From NCBI RefSeq assembly GCF_009914755.1, contig NC_060932.1: 64,000 nt of DNA; one strand, given 5' to 3'. Origin of the DNA: the human T2T-CHM13v2.0 reference genome, Homo sapiens. The position numbers and the translations under genes are program-made. Positions 59,226-64,000 of the stretch are shown here, piece after piece (position 1 is the first letter of the stretch; each line of letters starts with the position of its first letter). The notes beneath the pieces were generated by a model. It was given only the letters and a program-made list of their open reading frames with translations. It was not told where the DNA came from and ran no database searches.

Positions 59226-61737
59226 TAGGTATACCTCAAAAATTTTGCAGGTTCAGCTCCAGACCACCACAACAAAGTGAATATTGTAATAAGACAAATC
59301 ACAGAAATATTTTGATTTCCCAATGCATATAAAAGTTATGTTTATTCTATATTGTAGTCCTTTAAGTGTGTAATAGAATTATGTCCTTAAAATATACATT
59401 CCTTATTTTTAAAATGCTTTATTGCTAAAAAATATGCTTATGATTATCTGAGGCTTCAAGAAGTTGTAATGTTTCACTGGTGGATGGTCTTACCTCAATG
59501 TTGATGGCTGCTGACTGATCAGGGTGGCAGTTGCCGAAGGCAGAGGTGGCTGTGGCAATTTCTTTTTTGGGTTTTTGTGTGGTTTTTCTTTCTTTGTTTG
59601 TTTTATGTGTTTTGTGCTTTTGGTTTTTATTTTTATTTTTATTTTTTTTTTAGACAGAGTCTTGCTCTGTCACCCAGGCTGGAGTGCAGCGGCGTGATCT
59701 CGGCTCACTGCAACTTGCCTCCCGAGTTCAAGCAATTCTCCTGCCTCAGCCTCCCAAGTAGCTGGGATTACAGCCACGCTCCACCACACCCAGCTAATTT
59801 ATGCATTTTTAGTAAAGACAGAGTTTCATCATGTTGTCCAGGCTGGTCTCAAGCATCTAACCTGAGGTCATCCGCCCGCCTCAGCCTCCCAAAGTGCTGG
59901 GATTACAGGAGTGCACCACTTCACCTGGCCAGTTATGGCAATTTCTTAAAATAAGACAACTATCAAGTTTGCCTCATTAATTGACTCTTCCCTTCATGAA
60001 AGGTTTCTCTGTAGCATGCTATGCTGTTTGATAGCATTTTACCCACAGTAAAACTTCTTTCAAAATTGGAGTTGATCCTTTCAAACATTGCTGCTGTTTT
60101 ATCAGCTAAGTTTATGTAATATTCTAAGCCCTTTTTCATCATTTCAACAATGTTCACAGCATCTTCACCAGTTATAGATCTCAAGAAACCATTTTCTTTG
60201 CTCATTCACAAGAAGCAACTCCTCATCTGTACAAATTTTATCATGAGCTTGTAGCTCCACTTCTAGTTCTCCTGCTATTTCCACCACATCTTCAATTTCT
60301 CCACTGAAGTCTTGAACCCATCAAAGTCATCCATGAGGGTTAAAATCATCTTCTTCCAAATTCCTGTTAATGCTGATATTTTAATCTTCTACCATGAATC
60401 ACAATGTTCTTAATGCCATTTAGAGTGATGAATTCTTTCCTGAAGGCTTTCAATTTACTTTGCCCAGATCCATTAGAGGAATCACTATCTATGGCAACTA
60501 TAGCCTTATGAAATATATTTCTTAAATAAGAAGACTTGAAAGTCAAAATTCTCTTTGATCCATAGGCTGCAGAATGAATATTGTGTTAGCAAGTATGAAA
60601 ACAACATTAATCTCCTTGTACATCTCCATCAAATTTATTGTGTGACCAGGTGTATGATCAATGATCAGTAATCTTTAGAAAGGAATCTTTTTTTTCTGAG
60701 CAGTAGGTCTCAAGAGTGAGTTTAAAATATTGAGTAAAACCATGCTGTAAACAGACATGCTGTCATCCAAGGTGTGTTGTTTCATTTGAAAAGCACGGGT
60801 AGAGTAGAGTTAGCGTAATTCTTGAGGGTCCCAGATTTTGGAATGGTACATGAACATTGGCTTCAATTTAAAGTCACCAGCTAAACTAGCCCCTAACAAG
60901 AGTCAGCTGTTCTTTGAAACTTTGAAGGCAGGCCTTGACTTCTCTTCTCTAGCTATGAAAGTCCTATATGACATCTTCCAATAGAAGGCTGTTTCATCTC
61001 CATTGAAAATGTGCTACTTAGTGTAACTGCTTTCATCAATGATCTCAGCTAGATATTCCTGAAAACTTACTGCAGGTTCTATATCAGAATTTGCTGCTTT
61101 ACCTTGCAATGTTTATGTTATGGAGATGGCTTCTTTCCTTAAACCTCATGAACCAACTTTTGCTAGTTTCAGATTTTTCTTCTGAAGCTTCTTCACATCT
61201 CTCACCCTTCACAGAATCAAGGAGATTTAGGTTCTTGCTCTGGATTAGGCTTTGGCTTAAGGGAATGTTGTAACTGGCTTGATTTTCTATCCAGACCACT
61301 TAAACTTGTTCTATATCAGTAATAAGGCAGTTTTGCTTTCTTTTCATTCATGTGTTCACTGGAATAGCACTTTTAATTTCCTTCAAGAACTTTATTTTTG
61401 CATGCATAACATAGCTAATCATTTGGCTCAAGAGGCCTAGCTTTCAACCTATCTCAGCTTTCAACCTATCTCAGCTTTCAACATGCTTTTGTCACTAAGC
61501 TTCATCACATTTAGCTTTTGATTTAAAGTGAAAGGCATGTGACTCTGCCATTCACTTGAACACTTAGAGCCATTGTAGGGTTATTAATTGGCCTAATTTT
61601 AATATTGTTGTGTCTCAGGGAACACAGAGACCTGAGGAAAAGGAAAGAGACAGGGAAATAGCCAGTTGGTGGAGCAATTGGATCACACACATTTATCAAT
61701 TAAATTCACTGTCTTATATGGGCACAGATCATGGTGT
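59226..61737 (-). mobile_element. Tigger1 (pogo-like) DNA transposon, near full length, with an Alu at ~59562-59930
   Basis: TA + TAGGTATACCTC...GGTTCAGCTCCAGACCACC terminus; transposase remnants [14 protein letters not shown] and [11 protein letters not shown]; Alu TSD TGGCAATTTCTT. Confidence 0.9.
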
Positions 61738-61741
61738 AAAA

Positions 61742-62685
61742 TGTAGGTGTAGTTAAACTATAACCAGCCATTGTTCTGAAGATCACAAGATTCATAACTT
61801 CTCCAATTACTCCTGTAAATAACATCACTACTAGAACCTAAGATTGTCCTTTTGAGGTGTCTCTTCAGACTTTTGCATTTCTGATGACTGAATGACTCTA
61901 CCTGGAGCTGGGATTCATGATTCAACTGGTCCTGTGGCCCTGAGCCAGAAGTGGATTTGGCACACTAGGACCATTTTCCACACTCTGAGGTCTGTCCCAT
62001 AGACCCTGGCCAACGAATGAAATGAGTACTCAGACACAGGTAGGTATGCAATGTAAGAGCAGCTAGGTGACTGCCTGGCTCTAGTGGCCAGAGAGCAGCC
62101 CCAAGAACCTGGAGCTGCTTGCTTTTATTCAGTGCAGGCACAATGCCAAAAACCTGGAGCAAACACAACCTGCAGGTAATTAACATTTATTGTTCCCCTT
62201 TCAGGGAACGTCACACACACAGATGATCAAAGGTCAGTTCCTGATCAATATAAATAAACAAGCCTGTTTAAGATAAATTCCCCTATACTCCCTCGTACCT
62301 ACACTTTGCCCTCTGCCTCAGGGTTATAGAACAGCTGCCTTCAGCTATTCTCCCCCAGGGCTCTGCAAAACCTTCCAATCTTTCAGAAGGTTTGCGTCCT
62401 TTCCCTGTAGTTTTTCCCACCACGCCAACCGATCCCCTACACCACACCCCTATGATTGCATTCCCAACCAATCAGCAGCACTTATTCCTTAACCCCTTGC
62501 CTGCCAAACTATCTTTTTGATACCCTAGCCTCCAAATTTTCAGGGAAGCTGATTTGAGTAATAATAAAACTTCGGTCTTCTGTTTAGTTGGCTCTACAGG
62601 TACTAAATTCTCTATCACAATTCCCCTGTCTTGATAAATTGGTTCTATCCGGGCAGCAGGCAAGATGAACTAATTGGGCTGTTAG
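61742..62685 (+). mobile_element. ERV1-class LTR interrupted by LTR22
   Basis: GGACCATTTTCCACAC...CCCCTATGATTGCATTCCCAACCAATCAGCAGCAC...GCTGATTTGAGTAATAATAAAAC. Confidence 0.65.
61984..62441 (-). mobile_element. LTR22-like solo LTR (HERV-K HML-5)
   Basis: Reverse complement starts TGTAGGGGATCGG...GGTGGGAAAAACTACAGGGAAAGGACGCAAACCTTCTGAAAG; CCACAC direct repeats flank it. Confidence 0.75.
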
Positions 62686-62756
62686 AAAACCAGCAGTCTC
62701 TCAGCCACTAGAAAGTGGCAAACCAGGAACTTCTCAAAAGATCCCATTTCCAGAGC

Positions 62757-63040
62757 ATTTTTTTTTTCAAGGCAGATCTCACTCTGACACCCAAGCTGAA
62801 GTATAGTAGTGCAATCTTGGCTCACTGCAGCCTAGACCTCCAGGGCTCAGGCTACCCTCTCACCTCATCTTCCTAAGTAGCTGGGACTACAGGCATACGC
62901 TACCACATCTGGCTAGTTTTTTGTAGAGACAGGGCTTTGCCATGTTGCCAGGCTGGTCTTGAACTCTTGGGCTCAAGTGATCTTCGCACCTCAGCCTCCC
63001 AAAGTGCTAGGATTACAGGTGTGAGCCACTGCGCATAGCC
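62757..63040 (-). mobile_element. Alu (AluJ-like)
   Basis: Antisense Alu dimer. Confidence 0.85.
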
Positions 63041-63609
63041 AATAGCATTGTTTTTATTTAATGTATCTCTTAGTTCTTTGAAGAAGTCCCATTTGCAGGG
63101 CACTGTTGTCATTTGACATGACTCAGATATTGCTCTGTGGGAAAAATTCCTATATGCAGAGCATTTGTCTAAAACAGTCAGTTGTGATTATCTAACACAG
63201 CAATTGCCTAAGGCAACAATACTAGTATACGAAAATAAAATCCCAGCCTGGAATATCTGAAGGAAAGGATCTTTACAGGGCCTTTGAAAGGCCCTGGCAT
63301 ATCCCTGAAGACCTAGAAGGCCATGTGCATGTTCAGCACTGTGCAAATGCTCAGGAAAGAACTGAAAGGACCCCAGTATCTCACCTCTGGCTTACTTGAG
63401 ACCCTGCGAAAACAGGAAGTGAAGCTTAAGGGTGACTGGAAAATTGCCTGAGCATCAGAGTGGCTCAACACAAACACAGAGAGCTCTTTGGTAAACAATG
63501 GAAGATTTATTGATTCAAGGTATTTGTGGAAATCTCTAATCAGTCAATAGCTGAATACTAGCCCTTCTTAGTAGAGAATTCAGAGGCTGCACACTACAGA
63601 AAATATAGA

Positions 63610-64000
63610 TTGTATTGGTTCAAAGTGCCAAAAACTAGGTGGCTTTAAACAAAAGAAATTTATTGTCTCACAGTTCTGGAGTCTAGAAGTTCAAAATCAA
63701 GATGTTGTCAGTGCCATGCTCTCACTGGCAACTCTAGGTGAGAACTTTTCTGGCCTCTTCTAGCTTCTAATGATTTCCAGCAATCCTTGGGCTTCTTTGG
63801 TTTATAAATATACTACTATGGTCACATTCCATTTTTTCTCTGTGGGTCTTCATATTTTCTTCCCACTGTGCCTATATGACTCTGTGTGCAAATGTCCTTT
63901 TTATAAGAACAACACTCATATTGAATTAGGGTCGACCCTAATGATCACGTTTTAACCCAATAACCTCTGTGAAGATCCTATTTCCAAATAAGGACACATT
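63610..64000 (-). mobile_element. MLT1-type MaLR LTR running off the window end
   Basis: GGTGGCTTTAAACAAAAGAAATTTATTGTCTCACAGTTCTGGAG...TATTTCCAAATAAGG. Confidence 0.8.

Noticed and set aside
59963-61299. Transposase-like ORFs as a domesticated TIGD-type gene
   Set aside because: Short, interrupted fragments inside a decayed, Alu-disrupted Tigger1
61439-61482. 17-bp repeat AGCTTTCAACCTATCTC x~2.6 as a CRISPR-like array
   Set aside because: No spacers; slippage tandem inside Tigger1 in a eukaryotic genome

Overview
Primate (human-like) genomic DNA, dense in Alu, L1, LTR and DNA-transposon repeats. The only intact protein-coding gene is SLC7A13 (AGT1/XAT2 amino-acid transporter light chain) on the minus strand. 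Its four coding exons (53702-54386, 47077-47208, 41573-41934, 38516-38749) have GT-AG junctions and join to 1413 nt = 470 aa + stop, with a near-perfect HNF1 site just upstream. Almost all other ORFs in the track are repeat-derived noise. Items worth follow-up: (1) a chain of plus-strand, splice-flanked, phase-compatible segments in the non-repetitive islands from ~7 to 28 kb that may be a decayed multi-exon gene or lncRNA (product not recognised, speculative); (2) local templated duplications, two of them 196-275 bp copies placed 1.4-1.7 kb upstream of their donors with short flanking direct repeats; (3) a rare SVA2-like retroposon, a twin-primed L1, a young sense L1 in SLC7A13 intron 2 and an inverted Alu pair just past the poly(A) signal. 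Repeat family names come from recalled consensus motifs, not a RepeatMasker run, and repeat boundaries are approximate.
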